In this document: positions 37,315 to 47,220 of the stretch, piece after piece
How the letters are laid out: each line of letters starts with the position of its first letter
How positions within the stretch are numbered: the stretch's first letter is position 1
NCBI GenBank assembly: GCA_030744435.1
Contig: JASLQO010000009.1
Coordinates: 254,176 to 318,175 of the forward strand
DNA from: Pseudomonadales bacterium
GTDB lineage: Bacteria; Pseudomonadota; Gammaproteobacteria; Pseudomonadales; Azotimanducaceae
DNA length: 64,000 nucleotides
Direction: 5' to 3'
The notes under the pieces: generated by a model
What the model saw: only the letters and a program-made list of their open reading frames with translations
Database searches by the model: none
What the model was told of the DNA's origin: nothing
Position numbers and translations under genes: made by a program

Positions 37315-38679
37315 GTGATTGGCAAAGAATTGAGGCGCTTGTCCCGCCTCGCACTCCCAATGATCCTCACCCAGCTCTTGCAGATGGGCATGGGTGTCGC
37401 CGACACGCTGATGGCCGGCCGGGTGAGTGCGGCGGATCTCGCGGGAGTGGCCATTGGCGGCAACGTGTTCTGGCCGGTGCTGCTGTTCATTTCCGGCATC
37501 GTCATGTCGGTGACGCCGTCAGTGTCTCAATTGCATGGCCGTGGCAAGGAGCACGAGGCTGGCGAGGTTGTCCGTCAGGCGCTTTGGATTACGTTGGTTG
37601 GCGGTCTGTTGCTGATCGCGCTGCTCAGAAACGCGGAGTCGTTGTTCTTAGCACTTGGCATTGATCCGCTGGCCATCCCCATTGCGGTAGCTTACCTCGA
37701 TGCGCTGGCCTGGGGGGTTCTGCCGGTACTGTTCTATTTCGCCATGCGCTATCTGTGCGAGGGCATGTCCTGGACCTTACCGGCGATGCTGGTGGCCTTG
37801 TCTGCGCTGTTGTTGAAGGTCCCGCTCAATTACCTGTTTATCTATGGACACGAGAGCATTGGGCTGCCGGCGATGGGTGGGGTGGGTTGCGGTTGGTCGA
37901 GCGCAATCGTCATGACCTACGAGATGCTGGCAATGGGACTGATCGTGGCGTTCTCGCGGATGCGCCGTACGGGTGTGTTTCACCGTGTTTCGCTTCCCAA
38001 CCGTGCCGAGATAGCGCGACTCGTGCGTCTTGGTCTACCAATCGGAGCGACGACGTTTCTCGAGTTTTCCGTGTTCTCGGTGATGACGCTGTTGATTGGC
38101 AGGCTTGGGGTCGATGCGGTCGCGGCCCACCAGATCACGAGTAATGTCGCGGGTTTGACCTTCATGATTCCGTTGGGCATCGGCATGGCCGCTACCGTCC
38201 GCGTGGGTTTCAACGTTGGGGCCGGGGACCTGCCGGGTGCTCGTCTCAGCGCCAACGTTGCCGTGGGGGCATCCTGGGTGTTCGCAGTACTGGCGGCCGC
38301 CACCGTGTACAGCACGCGATTTCACATAGCCGGGCTCTACAGTACGGATGCGACGGTCATTGCGGTTGCGGCGGAGCTGATGCTGTTTGTCGCTGTTTAT
38401 CAGCTTTTCGACGACAGCCAGGTGGCCTGCATTGGGTCATTGCGTGGTTTCAAGGACACACGCACACCCATGTGGGTGGCGATCATGTCGTATTGGCTTG
38501 TGGGTTTCCCGATCAGCGTGGTGCTCGGATTCGGTCTCGCCGGTGCGCCGGATCTGGGTGTGGCGGGTTTCTGGTGGGGGCTCGTCGTCGGATTGGCGGT
38601 GGCCGCCGCTGTACTCCTGTGGCGGCTGCGCTGGCTATTGGGTAATGACGCCAGGGTGCGGGAACTCGCGCTGCGCTAG
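37315..38679 (+). CDS. MATE family efflux transporter
   Basis: GTG 37315 (VIGKELRRLSRLALPMILTQLLQMGMGVADTLMAGRV). 12 hydrophobic helices. NorM-like N-terminus. Confidence 0.85.
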   Translation: MIGKELRRLSRLALPMILTQLLQMGMGVADTLMAGRVSAADLAGVAIGGNVFWPVLLFISGIVMSVTPSVSQLHGRGKEHEAGEVVRQALWITLVGGLLLIALLRNAESLFLALGIDPLAIPIAVAYLDALAWGVLPVLFYFAMRYLCEGMSWTLPAMLVALSALLLKVPLNYLFIYGHESIGLPAMGGVGCGWSSAIVMTYEMLAMGLIVAFSRMRRTGVFHRVSLPNRAEIARLVRLGLPIGATTFLEFSVFSVMTLLIGRLGVDAVAAHQITSNVAGLTFMIPLGIGMAATVRVGFNVGAGDLPGARLSANVAVGASWVFAVLAAATVYSTRFHIAGLYSTDATVIAVAAELMLFVAVYQLFDDSQVACIGSLRGFKDTRTPMWVAIMSYWLVGFPISVVLGFGLAGAPDLGVAGFWWGLVVGLAVAAAVLLWRLRWLLGNDARVRELALR

Positions 38680-38769
38680 CGTGCTTAGCGTACGGAGGGA
38701 GTTTGGCTTACTGTGTAGATGCATCGATACACGTCTTGTCAGTCCGTGGGGAATAGAACGGGAGAACCT

Positions 38770-40704
38770 ATGCGCAAACTGATTACCCTCGCAGCGTTGC
38801 TTGCGTGCGGCTGTTCCGACCGGGATCCGTCGAGCACCGCGGGCCAGCCTCAGACCCAGGAGCCGACCGACGTTGGTCCGCAACGATGTGACAATTTTGA
38901 TGAGACCGGTATGCCGCTGTTTGGCGATCTGCATGTGCACACCAGTTTTTCCTTCGATGCGGCGGCTAACCAGACGGGTGCCACGCCCGAGGACGCTCAA
39001 GCGTATGCGCAAGGGGAGGCAATTGCGTTTTTCCCGATCGACGACAACGGTGTGCCGACGGGCTCGGTGCGGATCGATCGGCCCCTGGACTTTCTGGGTG
39101 TTACCGATCATGGCGAGTTTCTGGGTGAGCGTGCCGTGTGTCACCGTGAAGGCTCGTTGGTGTATGAAAGTGCCTTCTGTGAGACCTATCGCGCCAACGA
39201 ACGGCAGGGTGCGCGGATGCTCGCAGGCGTGATATTCACCGAATCACCCAAACGTATTGCGCAGATATGTGGCTCCGATGGTGCGCTGTGCCGGGAGTAT
39301 GCGGCAGCCCCCTGGCGGGAGATCCAGCGAGCGGCCAATGCGGCGAATCAACCCTGCAAATTCACGAGCTTCATCGCCTACGAATACACAGGTACCCCGG
39401 GTGGTTCGAATTACCACCGCAATGTCGTGTTTCGAAACGAACTCGTGCCAAATCTGCCGGTCAGTTATATCGATGCGCCCATCGACAGCGAATTGTGGGC
39501 AGGACTCGATACGGCCTGTCCGGAAGAATCCGGGTGTGACTACCTCACCATTCCACACAATTCCAACCTGGCGAACGGGCGCATGGCCCCTTACATGAAC
39601 CTTGAGCGGAACGACGAAAACAAGCGCGCGTATGCTGAGAGGAGACTGCGTCGCGAACCCATCATGGAAATCTTCCAGCACAAGGGGAACTCGGAGTGTG
39701 TCAACGGTCTGTCGAGTATTCTGGGTGCACCGGATGAACTCTGCGATATCGAGTCCGTGCGCCGGATGGGAGAAGAAAAAACCTACCTGACCAGCGGGTC
39801 GGAGGGTCTTTCCGGCAACACCTCGTTGCAGACGACGCGTGAATGCCGGCTGGGTGAAGTCGGGACGTACGGCATGCTTGGCGCAGGATGCATACACCCC
39901 ACCGACTTTCAACGCTCCGGTCTTCTGGTCGGACTTGAGGAAGAACAACGGGTCGGTCTGAATCCGGTGAAACTCGGCATCATCGCGTCTACCGACACGC
40001 ATACGGCGACGCCGGGCGGTGTGTCGGAACAGGATTGGGGAGGTGCGGTTACCGGAGAGGCGACACCGACAGAGAGATTGCAACCCGGCATTCTGACCAG
40101 CGGGATCGATGGCAATCCCGGAGGGCTCGCAGGGGTGTGGGCGAAAGAAAACACCCGCGATGCAATATTTGACGCGATACTGAGACGTGAGGTGTTCGGC
40201 ACATCCGGTCCACGCATCGTGCCGAGATTGTTCGCCGGATGGGCGTTGCCCGATCGCTTGTGTGATGATCCTGAACGTGATGCGACGGCGTACGCACAGG
40301 GCGTGCCGATGGGTTCTGATCTGATCAGGGCCGCAAACGGTGACAAACCCAGGCTGTTGGCGTATGCCGCGAAGGATCCCGCGGGGCGAAACCTCCAGGC
40401 GTTGCATCTGATCAAGGGCTGGGTTGGTGGTGACGGGAGCCTGAACACTGCCGTGTTGCCGATCGTAGAATCTGAGGAAGGTGCAGCGACGCTATGCGCG
40501 CTCTACACGGACGAAGATTTCGACCCGGCGCAGTCCGCATACTATTACCTGCGCGTGGTGGAGCCACCCACGAAGCGCTGGCACACCTACGATTGTGCCC
40601 GAACCGCGGAGGCTGAACGCCCGGAGGTGTGTAGCAATGGAGCATACCCAGAGATGATCCGGGAGATGGCCTGGACCTCACCGATATGGTACCGGGGGGG
40701 CTGA
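38770..40704 (+). CDS. DUF3604 domain protein with a lipoprotein-type signal
   Basis: ATG 38770 behind a GGAGAA RBS. MRKLITLAALLACGCSD signal, FGDLHVHTSFSFDA metal-site motif and a C-terminal MAWTSPIWY. Confidence 0.85.
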   Translation: MRKLITLAALLACGCSDRDPSSTAGQPQTQEPTDVGPQRCDNFDETGMPLFGDLHVHTSFSFDAAANQTGATPEDAQAYAQGEAIAFFPIDDNGVPTGSVRIDRPLDFLGVTDHGEFLGERAVCHREGSLVYESAFCETYRANERQGARMLAGVIFTESPKRIAQICGSDGALCREYAAAPWREIQRAANAANQPCKFTSFIAYEYTGTPGGSNYHRNVVFRNELVPNLPVSYIDAPIDSELWAGLDTACPEESGCDYLTIPHNSNLANGRMAPYMNLERNDENKRAYAERRLRREPIMEIFQHKGNSECVNGLSSILGAPDELCDIESVRRMGEEKTYLTSGSEGLSGNTSLQTTRECRLGEVGTYGMLGAGCIHPTDFQRSGLLVGLEEEQRVGLNPVKLGIIASTDTHTATPGGVSEQDWGGAVTGEATPTERLQPGILTSGIDGNPGGLAGVWAKENTRDAIFDAILRREVFGTSGPRIVPRLFAGWALPDRLCDDPERDATAYAQGVPMGSDLIRAANGDKPRLLAYAAKDPAGRNLQALHLIKGWVGGDGSLNTAVLPIVESEEGAATLCALYTDEDFDPAQSAYYYLRVVEPPTKRWHTYDCARTAEAERPEVCSNGAYPEMIREMAWTSPIWYRGG

Positions 40705-40957
40705 AGACGATGGCTACGTCAGCCCGGATATCTTCTGTCAGGGATGGCTGCAGATCTTGCGGCATGTCCACATATGGGCTGACAGGTAGAAACCGGGTAG
40801 ATAGATCTTGCATCGATGGATTCATTATTTCCTCTGTGTGCAAAGCTCGGAGCACGTGCGTGTTTTTGCGCGTAAAAGTGAGCGTGTGCTGCATCGCTGC
40901 ACCTCGCGGCGGCCCGCAGCAAGGCTCAGACGTCGCCGTATTTGTGGAACAGGGCAC

Positions 40958-41767
40958 TTAGTGTCCGGTGAACTTCGGTTCCCGGCGTTCCACGAAACAA
41001 AGCGCACCCTCACGATGATCGCTGGTGGTACCGCTGGCGATCATGGTAGTGGCCTCCTGGGCCAGAGCATCCTCGAGCGTCGCGCGTTCCGCGATATTGA
41101 AATTGGCCTTCATGTTGCCGTAGGCACGGGTAGGGCCGGCCGCCAGACGTGCGCAATATGCGATGCCTTCGGCCATGAACCGGTCATGGCCGATCACGTG
41201 GTTGGCGATGCCAAGCGCCAGAGCCCTTTCGGCACTTACCCGTTCACCCGTGAAATACAGTTCGATCGCGCGGCCGTAACCAATGAGACGTTGGAGATAG
41301 TAGGAACCGCCGTAGTCTCCAGACAGGCCCACCTTTGCAAAGGCCGTGTGGAAGCTCGCCTTGTCGGAGCAGATTCTGATATCGCAGGCCAGAGCGACTG
41401 ACAGACCCGCACCGGCGGCGGGACCGTTGACAAGGGCAACCACGGGTTTTGCCATCGTATGCAGTGTGTGGCTGATCTGCATGTGACCTTTCTGAAGCGA
41501 CGCGACCTTCTGCTCAAAGGTAGGGCGCGCCGGCTGTGTCTGGTCACTGGCGCTGGCAGATTGCTGCTTCACGTCCCCACCCGCACAGAATCCGCGGCCG
41601 GCGCCTGTCAGCGCGACACACCTCACGGTCGGGTCCTGTTCACAGTTCCGGAGATAGTCGGCGAGCAGCTTCTGCAGCTCGGCGCTGACCGCGTTCAGAT
41701 GATCGGGCCGGTTGAGTGTGATCAGGGCGACTCCGTCGTCGCGTTTGTCCATCAGGCAATCAGTCAT
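40958..41767 (-). CDS. enoyl-CoA hydratase/isomerase family protein
   Basis: VALITLNRPDHLNAV...GFCAGGDV crotonase signature. Confidence 0.85.
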   Translation of the reverse strand: MTDCLMDKRDDGVALITLNRPDHLNAVSAELQKLLADYLRNCEQDPTVRCVALTGAGRGFCAGGDVKQQSASASDQTQPARPTFEQKVASLQKGHMQISHTLHTMAKPVVALVNGPAAGAGLSVALACDIRICSDKASFHTAFAKVGLSGDYGGSYYLQRLIGYGRAIELYFTGERVSAERALALGIANHVIGHDRFMAEGIAYCARLAAGPTRAYGNMKANFNIAERATLEDALAQEATTMIASGTTSDHREGALCFVERREPKFTGH

Positions 41768-41772
41768 GTGGG

Positions 41773-42636
41773 TTACCTTTGTATTGGTGGGTCCACGACG
41801 TCGGGGCGCCCGGAAAAATCCCAGGGTGTCGTGGTACGAGAAATACCCATCAGCAGACCGTGCAGATCGCGCGGGTGGGTCCAGAAGGCATCCCGCTCAT
41901 CCTCCTTGCTTGGCCCACGGGGTGTCCACAGTACGCCTGCCTCCATGAAGCGTGAGATGACGTTCTCCAGATCGTGGGTCTCGCAGGATGCCATATACAG
42001 GGAGTCGCCGAACATCTGTGTCCAGCGTGCCATGTGCACATCGTCGCGAACCACCTGGGAAAGCTCCAGACGATCAAGCCGGTCTGGCGGGTTGAACATC
42101 GTGAGGGTACCGTCGTAGCCGAACAGCTCACTCGAGATAGGACAGAAGCGGCGTGGATTGAGGCCGAAAATGCCGGCGTAGTGGGTAGCGGCCATTCGCC
42201 AGTCGCTGACCAGCGTGTTGGTTACCTCGAACAGAAAACTGATTGGACCGATGCGATTGCGGGGCCGGGTTTTGGAGATCACGAAGGCAATACCGTAATG
42301 CTGATCGCCTGGCAGGTAGAACTGATCGCCATCCTCCACTACCTCGAAGCCGAGAGATCCGATACGTTCCTTGAGACGGCCGGGCGTTGCACAACACAGA
42401 CCCGCTGACAGCAGTCCTTCGCCGCGCTCGCTGAGGAAATCGGCGGCGATACCGCTCCCGTCCGGTTCGCAGAGTTCGACTTCGCTCTCACCCATGGCCA
42501 AAATCGTTCGATTGGCACCGAGATAGACCGACGATTTCCGATTCACTACCTCGGTACCCAGCAGTGCGTTGAACGTTTCGGCGGCGTCGTCGGCCGAGGC
42601 CACGACCAACTGAATGCGATCCACTCGATCCATCAT
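41773..42636 (-). CDS. VOC (glyoxalase/dioxygenase-fold) family protein
   Basis: ORF 41773..43062 trimmed to ATGATG 42636 behind a GGGAG RBS. Two betaalphabetabetabeta-like repeats (IQLVVASADDAAETFNALLG...; VTNTLVSDWRMAATHYAGIFGL...). Confidence 0.6.
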   Translation of the reverse strand: MMDRVDRIQLVVASADDAAETFNALLGTEVVNRKSSVYLGANRTILAMGESEVELCEPDGSGIAADFLSERGEGLLSAGLCCATPGRLKERIGSLGFEVVEDGDQFYLPGDQHYGIAFVISKTRPRNRIGPISFLFEVTNTLVSDWRMAATHYAGIFGLNPRRFCPISSELFGYDGTLTMFNPPDRLDRLELSQVVRDDVHMARWTQMFGDSLYMASCETHDLENVISRFMEAGVLWTPRGPSKEDERDAFWTHPRDLHGLLMGISRTTTPWDFSGRPDVVDPPIQR

Positions 42637-42841
42637 GCTTTCCACTCCCGGATGAACACTCTGCAGCCACTCTGCGCTTGCACCACCCGGTGCCAGGACA
42701 GCTTTCGGGCGGAAGCAGATGCTTGCACCGAGTTTAGCGTGTCTGTACCCGGATGGCGCTTGATGGCGGGTAAATGAGATATCGATACCGGGTGGTGAAC
42801 GAGTGTTACCGCTATACTCCAGGGTGCAGTCAGGGAGGGTG

Positions 42842-43546
42842 ATGAGCGATACCGTGAACGGTCCCGTGGAAGTGCAGCGACACGACGGCTGGGCCGAGGT
42901 CGTTCTCAATCGGCCGGAGCGCAAGAACGCCATCACAGGGCCGCTGGGTGTGGCGTTGTCTGCAGCGATTGAGGGCTGCGATGCGGACGAAGGCATTCGG
43001 GCCATTGTACTGCGTGGGGCCGACGGCAGCTTCTGCTCAGGTCTGGATCTCAAGGAATTCAACGCGCAGCCCTCACCCGAATGGCTGCCGGACTTTCAGA
43101 GGACCTGGCGGGGTGTGCACCGGGCGTTATTCGACTGCAGCACGCCCATCGTCGGCGCGCTGGAACGCTTCGCCATCAACGGAGGTGCAGCTCTTGCACT
43201 GGCGTGTGATCTGCTGGTGGCGGGAGAGGGCGCCTTTCTGCAGGTTGGAGAGGTACAGCTTGGCATGGCTGCACCATACAACGTGGCGTGGCTCAATCTG
43301 AGAGTCAGTGAGGTAATCGCCGCCCGCATCGTGCTTCTCGGGGAGCGTTTGTATGCGGAGCAGCTGCGAGCCTTGCAGCTGGTGGAGCGCATTGTTCCGG
43401 ACGATGCAGTGGTGGAGGAGGGACGCCAACTTGCCGAGCAAATCGCCGCATATCCGGAAGGTGTGGCGCGCATCAAGGCGAGCCTGCGCTCACGTTGCGA
43501 CGATGATGCGGATGCCTGGTTCGACCGGGTCGTTACCGTTCGCTAG
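42842..43546 (+). CDS. enoyl-CoA hydratase/isomerase family protein
   Basis: ORF trimmed to ATG 42842. WAEVVLNRPERKNAI...SFCSGLDL crotonase signature. Confidence 0.85.
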   Translation: MSDTVNGPVEVQRHDGWAEVVLNRPERKNAITGPLGVALSAAIEGCDADEGIRAIVLRGADGSFCSGLDLKEFNAQPSPEWLPDFQRTWRGVHRALFDCSTPIVGALERFAINGGAALALACDLLVAGEGAFLQVGEVQLGMAAPYNVAWLNLRVSEVIAARIVLLGERLYAEQLRALQLVERIVPDDAVVEEGRQLAEQIAAYPEGVARIKASLRSRCDDDADAWFDRVVTVR

Positions 43547-44097
43547 AGCGGCGGTGGCAGGATGCCTGCATGTTCTTGTTGCAGGCGCACCCACTCCATC
43601 TGAAACCAGGGTGTGTAGAGCTGCGGATTCTCTGTCAGATCGCGCGAGAGTTCATCGGGTGCCGTCCAGCGCCACGATTCTATCTCGGTGGTATTGATGA
43701 CGGGCTCGGCGTTCGTGGAGGCAATGTAGACCCAGCAGAGTTCGTGCTCGCTGCCCAGCGCACCAAAATGTGCCTGGTACTCGAATCTGTAGATGAAAAT
43801 CGGCTCCACATGCTCGTTGGTAAATCCGAGCTCCTGCAGCAGGCGCCGGCCCACCGCGATCTGCATGTTCTCTCCCTGGCGTGGATGGGAACAGCAGCTG
43901 TTGGACCAGAAGCCGGGCCATAATCTTTTCCCAGTCGCGCGCTGCTGTAGGAGCAGTTCGCCATCAGCATTAAAAATAAAAGCTGAAAACGCGCGGTGCA
44001 GAATTCCGGCGCCGTCGTGACAGGCGGCTTTGTCCAGGTACCCGATCTCGCGATCGTTGCTATCCACCAGGATCAGGGCCTCCTGCTCGGAGGACAC
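43543..44097 (-). CDS. idi: isopentenyl-diphosphate delta-isomerase, type 1 (Nudix)
   Basis: Only the 3' part of the 545-aa track ORF is protein-like: LILVDSNDREIGYLDKAACHDGAGILHRAFSAFIFNADGELLLQQRA..KRLWPGFWSNSCCSHP...ELCWVY. The start is GTG 44097 or GTG 44139 and is uncertain. Confidence 0.8.
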   Translation of the reverse strand: MSSEQEALILVDSNDREIGYLDKAACHDGAGILHRAFSAFIFNADGELLLQQRATGKRLWPGFWSNSCCSHPRQGENMQIAVGRRLLQELGFTNEHVEPIFIYRFEYQAHFGALGSEHELCWVYIASTNAEPVINTTEIESWRWTAPDELSRDLTENPQLYTPWFQMEWVRLQQEHAGILPPPL

Positions 44098-44205
44098 TAC
44101 CCTGGCGGTGGTTTGTATGGATTTTCGCGTGTCGCTCACCGCATCAGTGTAACCCCAATCCGTGTCCCCCAGGGTAGAATGGCGCGCTTTTGCGGCAGGA
44201 AATTG

Positions 44206-45117
44206 ATGACGGCAAGTGCTGGGGTGCGGGAGAGGTGGCTGCGACTGGAAGATCTCGATTTGTGTGTGTTCGAATGGGGAGAAGTAGACGCGCCTACAGT
44301 AGTGCTGCTGCACGCGACTGGTTTTCATGGCCGTTGCTGGGATGCGGTGGCGGAGCAGCTGGCTTTCGAATACAGGGTTCTGGCGCCGGATATGCGCGGA
44401 CACGGGCGCAGCGGCAAACAACCGCCGTTCACCTGGAAGATGTTCACACACGACATCGAACAGATGCTGGAGCAGTTGGGCGTCGTACATGCGGTGGGCA
44501 TTGGCCACTCGATGGGCGGGCATTGCATGGTAGGTGTGGCGGCCAGACAAAGCGGGGTGCTCGATCGGTTGGTGCTGGTGGATCCGGTCATTTTGCCTCC
44601 CGAATTCTATGCCATGGGCGAGTCTACCCATGGGCGTATGGCGTCCGTCGCCGAGGACCTCCCGGTGGCGCGACGACGAAATCGATGGAAGAACTGGCAG
44701 GAGATGGTGGCACACTTGCGGGAGCGCGAGCCTTTCTCGAACTGGCGGCGGCGCGTGCTGGAGGACTACTGTCGATATGGCCTGCTGGCTGCCGAAGATG
44801 GCTATACACTCGCCTGTCCACCGCTGGTAGAAGCGTCGATTTACATGGGTAACACGAAGACGGATGTATATGAGCGTCTGGCCGATGTGGACATTCCCGT
44901 GCTGGTGATGCGTGGCCGCCAGAGCGAGATGGAAGAAGGTAGGATGAACTTCTCCAATTCGCCCACCTGGCCGGAGCTGGCGTCGAGATTCCCTCAGGGT
45001 AGGGACTTGTATCTGCCTCGACATAGCCACTTCATCCCCATGGAGGATCCCGAATTGATCGTCATGGCGGTACGGGAGCCGGAATCGTTGTCGGGTGATC
45101 CGGCGACCACCAACTGA
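44206..45117 (+). CDS. alpha/beta-fold hydrolase
   Basis: ATG 44206 behind an AGGAA RBS. VVLLHATGFHGRCW, DMRGHGRS and nucleophile elbow GHSMGG. Confidence 0.8.
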   Translation: MTASAGVRERWLRLEDLDLCVFEWGEVDAPTVVLLHATGFHGRCWDAVAEQLAFEYRVLAPDMRGHGRSGKQPPFTWKMFTHDIEQMLEQLGVVHAVGIGHSMGGHCMVGVAARQSGVLDRLVLVDPVILPPEFYAMGESTHGRMASVAEDLPVARRRNRWKNWQEMVAHLREREPFSNWRRRVLEDYCRYGLLAAEDGYTLACPPLVEASIYMGNTKTDVYERLADVDIPVLVMRGRQSEMEEGRMNFSNSPTWPELASRFPQGRDLYLPRHSHFIPMEDPELIVMAVREPESLSGDPATTN

Positions 45118-45197
45118 GATAACAGTGGCTGCCGGTCGGGACCCGGCGCGCGTTGATCGGTTATCGTGATCGTTCATCACTGAGATTGGGAGGCACT

Positions 45198-46055
45198 ATG
45201 CGAATCGGCGTGACCATGGCATTCAATCACCGTACGGATCCCGAGTTCATCGGAGCGGCGGCGCGCCTCGTAGAGGATACGGGTTTCCATTCGGTGTGGG
45301 TGCCGGAACACGTGCTGTTCTTTCCGGATTATGCATCCACATATCCATATTCGGCCGATGGCCGCATTCCGGGAGATCCCGTTGGGGTGCTCGATCCGTT
45401 TGCTGCGCTCACCTGGGTGGCTGCCCACACGAGCAAACTGCGGCTCGGTACCGGCATCTGCCTGGTGCCGCAGCGCCAACCCGTCTATACGGCCAAGGCC
45501 GTGGCGGATCTCGACTATCTGTCGGGAGGCCGTGTCGATTTTGGCGTGGGGATTGGCTGGCTCAAGGAGGAGTTCGACAATCTGCAAATGAACTTCGGGA
45601 AACGCGCTGCGCGATGTGTGGAATATCTCGAAGTGATGCGCGCGCTATGGGGGCCGGGGGTGAGTCGGTACCGGGGCGAGACCATCGAACTCGAGGACTG
45701 TCACTTCAATCCGAAGCCCGTACAGACACCGCACCCACCCGTGCTGTTCGGTGGCGAAAGCGAGGCGGCGCTTGCCCGGGTCGCACACCACGGGGACGGC
45801 TGGTACGGCTTCGACCTCGATCCGAACCAGGTCGGATCGGCGCTGGCGAGCCTAGAAAGGCACTTGGCGGATGCCGGCCGTCATCGCGGTGACGTGCAGG
45901 TGTTCATCGGCAGCAGTTCGAAACCGGTAACGCCGGAGACGGTGGCTGCGTGGGGTGATACGGGTATCGACCAACTCATCGTACCGCTGATGGCCGGTAG
46001 TCTGGAGCGTCTCGAACAGCGACGCGACAAGCTCGTTGCGTCGCTGAGTATGTAA
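45198..46055 (+). CDS. luciferase-like monooxygenase (LLM class) oxidoreductase
   Basis: ATG 45198 behind a GGGAGG RBS. MRIGVTMAF...GFHSVWVPEHV...LRLGTGICLVPQRQP...GGRVDFGVGIGW. Confidence 0.85.
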   Translation: MRIGVTMAFNHRTDPEFIGAAARLVEDTGFHSVWVPEHVLFFPDYASTYPYSADGRIPGDPVGVLDPFAALTWVAAHTSKLRLGTGICLVPQRQPVYTAKAVADLDYLSGGRVDFGVGIGWLKEEFDNLQMNFGKRAARCVEYLEVMRALWGPGVSRYRGETIELEDCHFNPKPVQTPHPPVLFGGESEAALARVAHHGDGWYGFDLDPNQVGSALASLERHLADAGRHRGDVQVFIGSSSKPVTPETVAAWGDTGIDQLIVPLMAGSLERLEQRRDKLVASLSM

Positions 46056-46151
46056 AATATCTAGACAACACAAACATACACATTTCCGCAACAGACATGT
46101 GAGGTGCGTTGCAGCACACTAGATGTACAGACAAAGCTGGTAGTTGTCGTC

Positions 46152-46466
46152 ATGAAAACAGCTCGTCACACATCCGCGCACTCACGAGAGGCGCGTCGGG
46201 GTAGCTCCGAGAGCACGTGGTTCCGTTCCGATCGTGTATTCGAGGCAGATGATCAGTGGTACTTCCATACGCGTGAAGGCGTGGACGTCGGACCTTACGA
46301 GACTCGTTTCGAAGCGGAAATAGAGGCTGGCATGCTTCGAGAGTTGCTGCTGGAGGTTCCGCAGGGCGAATCCACGATGCCTGTGATCCGCGAGTTCGTG
46401 CTCGAATCCTTTGCGATGGGCCGCCCGCTGATGCCGTATTTCCGGGACGAACTACTGGCAAGCTGA
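46152..46466 (+). CDS. small hypothetical protein (DUF6316-like pattern)
   Basis: ORF trimmed to ATG 46152. WFRSDRVFEADDQWYFHTREGVDVGPYETRFEAE resembles the DUF6316 signature from memory. Confidence 0.5.
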   Translation: MKTARHTSAHSREARRGSSESTWFRSDRVFEADDQWYFHTREGVDVGPYETRFEAEIEAGMLRELLLEVPQGESTMPVIREFVLESFAMGRPLMPYFRDELLAS

Positions 46467-46487
46467 ATTGATTCATTCGGAACCTCA

Positions 46488-46507
46488 CGCGTTTGCGTTG
46501 AAACGCG
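46488..46507. terminator. hairpin downstream of the small ORF
   Basis: CGCGTTT (46488-46494), 6-nt loop, AAACGCG (46501-46507). No clear U-tract. Confidence 0.3.
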
Positions 46508-46562
46508 ATTGGCATAAATCCGGATAGGGTTGTCACAGGGGCGAGGTATTCAGTCCCAGGCG

Positions 46563-47113
46563 CTAGCGCCATGATGCCGGTCGATACCAGATTGGTGAGG
46601 TCCACGCCATTTCCTGAATCATCTCTGGTGCTTCGTTGTTGCAGGCAGCCGGACGTTGATCCACTGGTAAGTATTCACATTGGCGGAAGCTCCAACGCTC
46701 GGTGGGGGATTCCACAACACGGACGCAATAGTAGGCGGGCTGGTCGATGCACAGCCGTTGCGTCGCGCGACCGGAAGTATCGTATGGAGGCATTTCGATC
46801 TCTTCGCCCTTCGCAAACCGGTAGGCATGCTCGGGTGTGGTGCGGGTCCCATTGGCACTGGCATTCCACGAGTAGGTGGTATGGACGTGCAAATCGCCGA
46901 AGGCCGAAGTAGGCATTGCCAAAAGGGGTGTTCGGAGCAAGGGCCACAAATCTCTGTGTAGCGAATCGGCCCGATTTTCTGTTGTCCCGCAGACAGCGTC
47001 ACCTCTTCGCGCTACGCTTCGGCATCCTCTGCGGCGTCGGGTTCTTTGTCACATCCGATACAGGGGAGCAGCGTGGCTGTCGTCAGCAGGATCGCGATCA
47101 AACGCATCTGCAT
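46563..47113 (-). pseudogene. collapsed DUF3604 paralog (nonsense codon, frameshift and large internal deletion)
   Basis: ATG 47113 gives lipoprotein signal MQMRLIAILLTTATLLPCIGCDKEPDAAEDAEA, then TAG (47014-47012). After a frame change, ORF 46563..46949 reads ...FGDLHVHTTYSW...RLCIDQP|AYYCVRVVESPTERW...EMIQEMAWTSPIWY. That is the N- and C-termini of the 38770..40704 protein joined directly. Confidence 0.75.
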
Positions 47114-47220
47114 ACGCCAGAAATGCGCGTTCTATCCAGGTAATCGCTCCGGGGGTGATTACTGGAAAGGGCTTTCCAGAAGTCTTCAATCTGTGCCAAT
47201 GACATGGCCGGAGGCCCGTA

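Noticed and set aside
39244-40407. 387-aa minus-strand ORF inside the DUF3604 gene.
   Set aside because: It has no recognisable motifs and an Arg/Gly/Pro-rich composition, and it overlaps a well-supported plus-strand gene entirely.
44098-45180. 5' extension of the 545-aa minus-strand ORF that ends as idi.
   Set aside because: Only the last roughly 185 codons look like Idi. The extension is His/Arg/Pro-rich and overlaps the well-supported plus-strand alpha/beta hydrolase.
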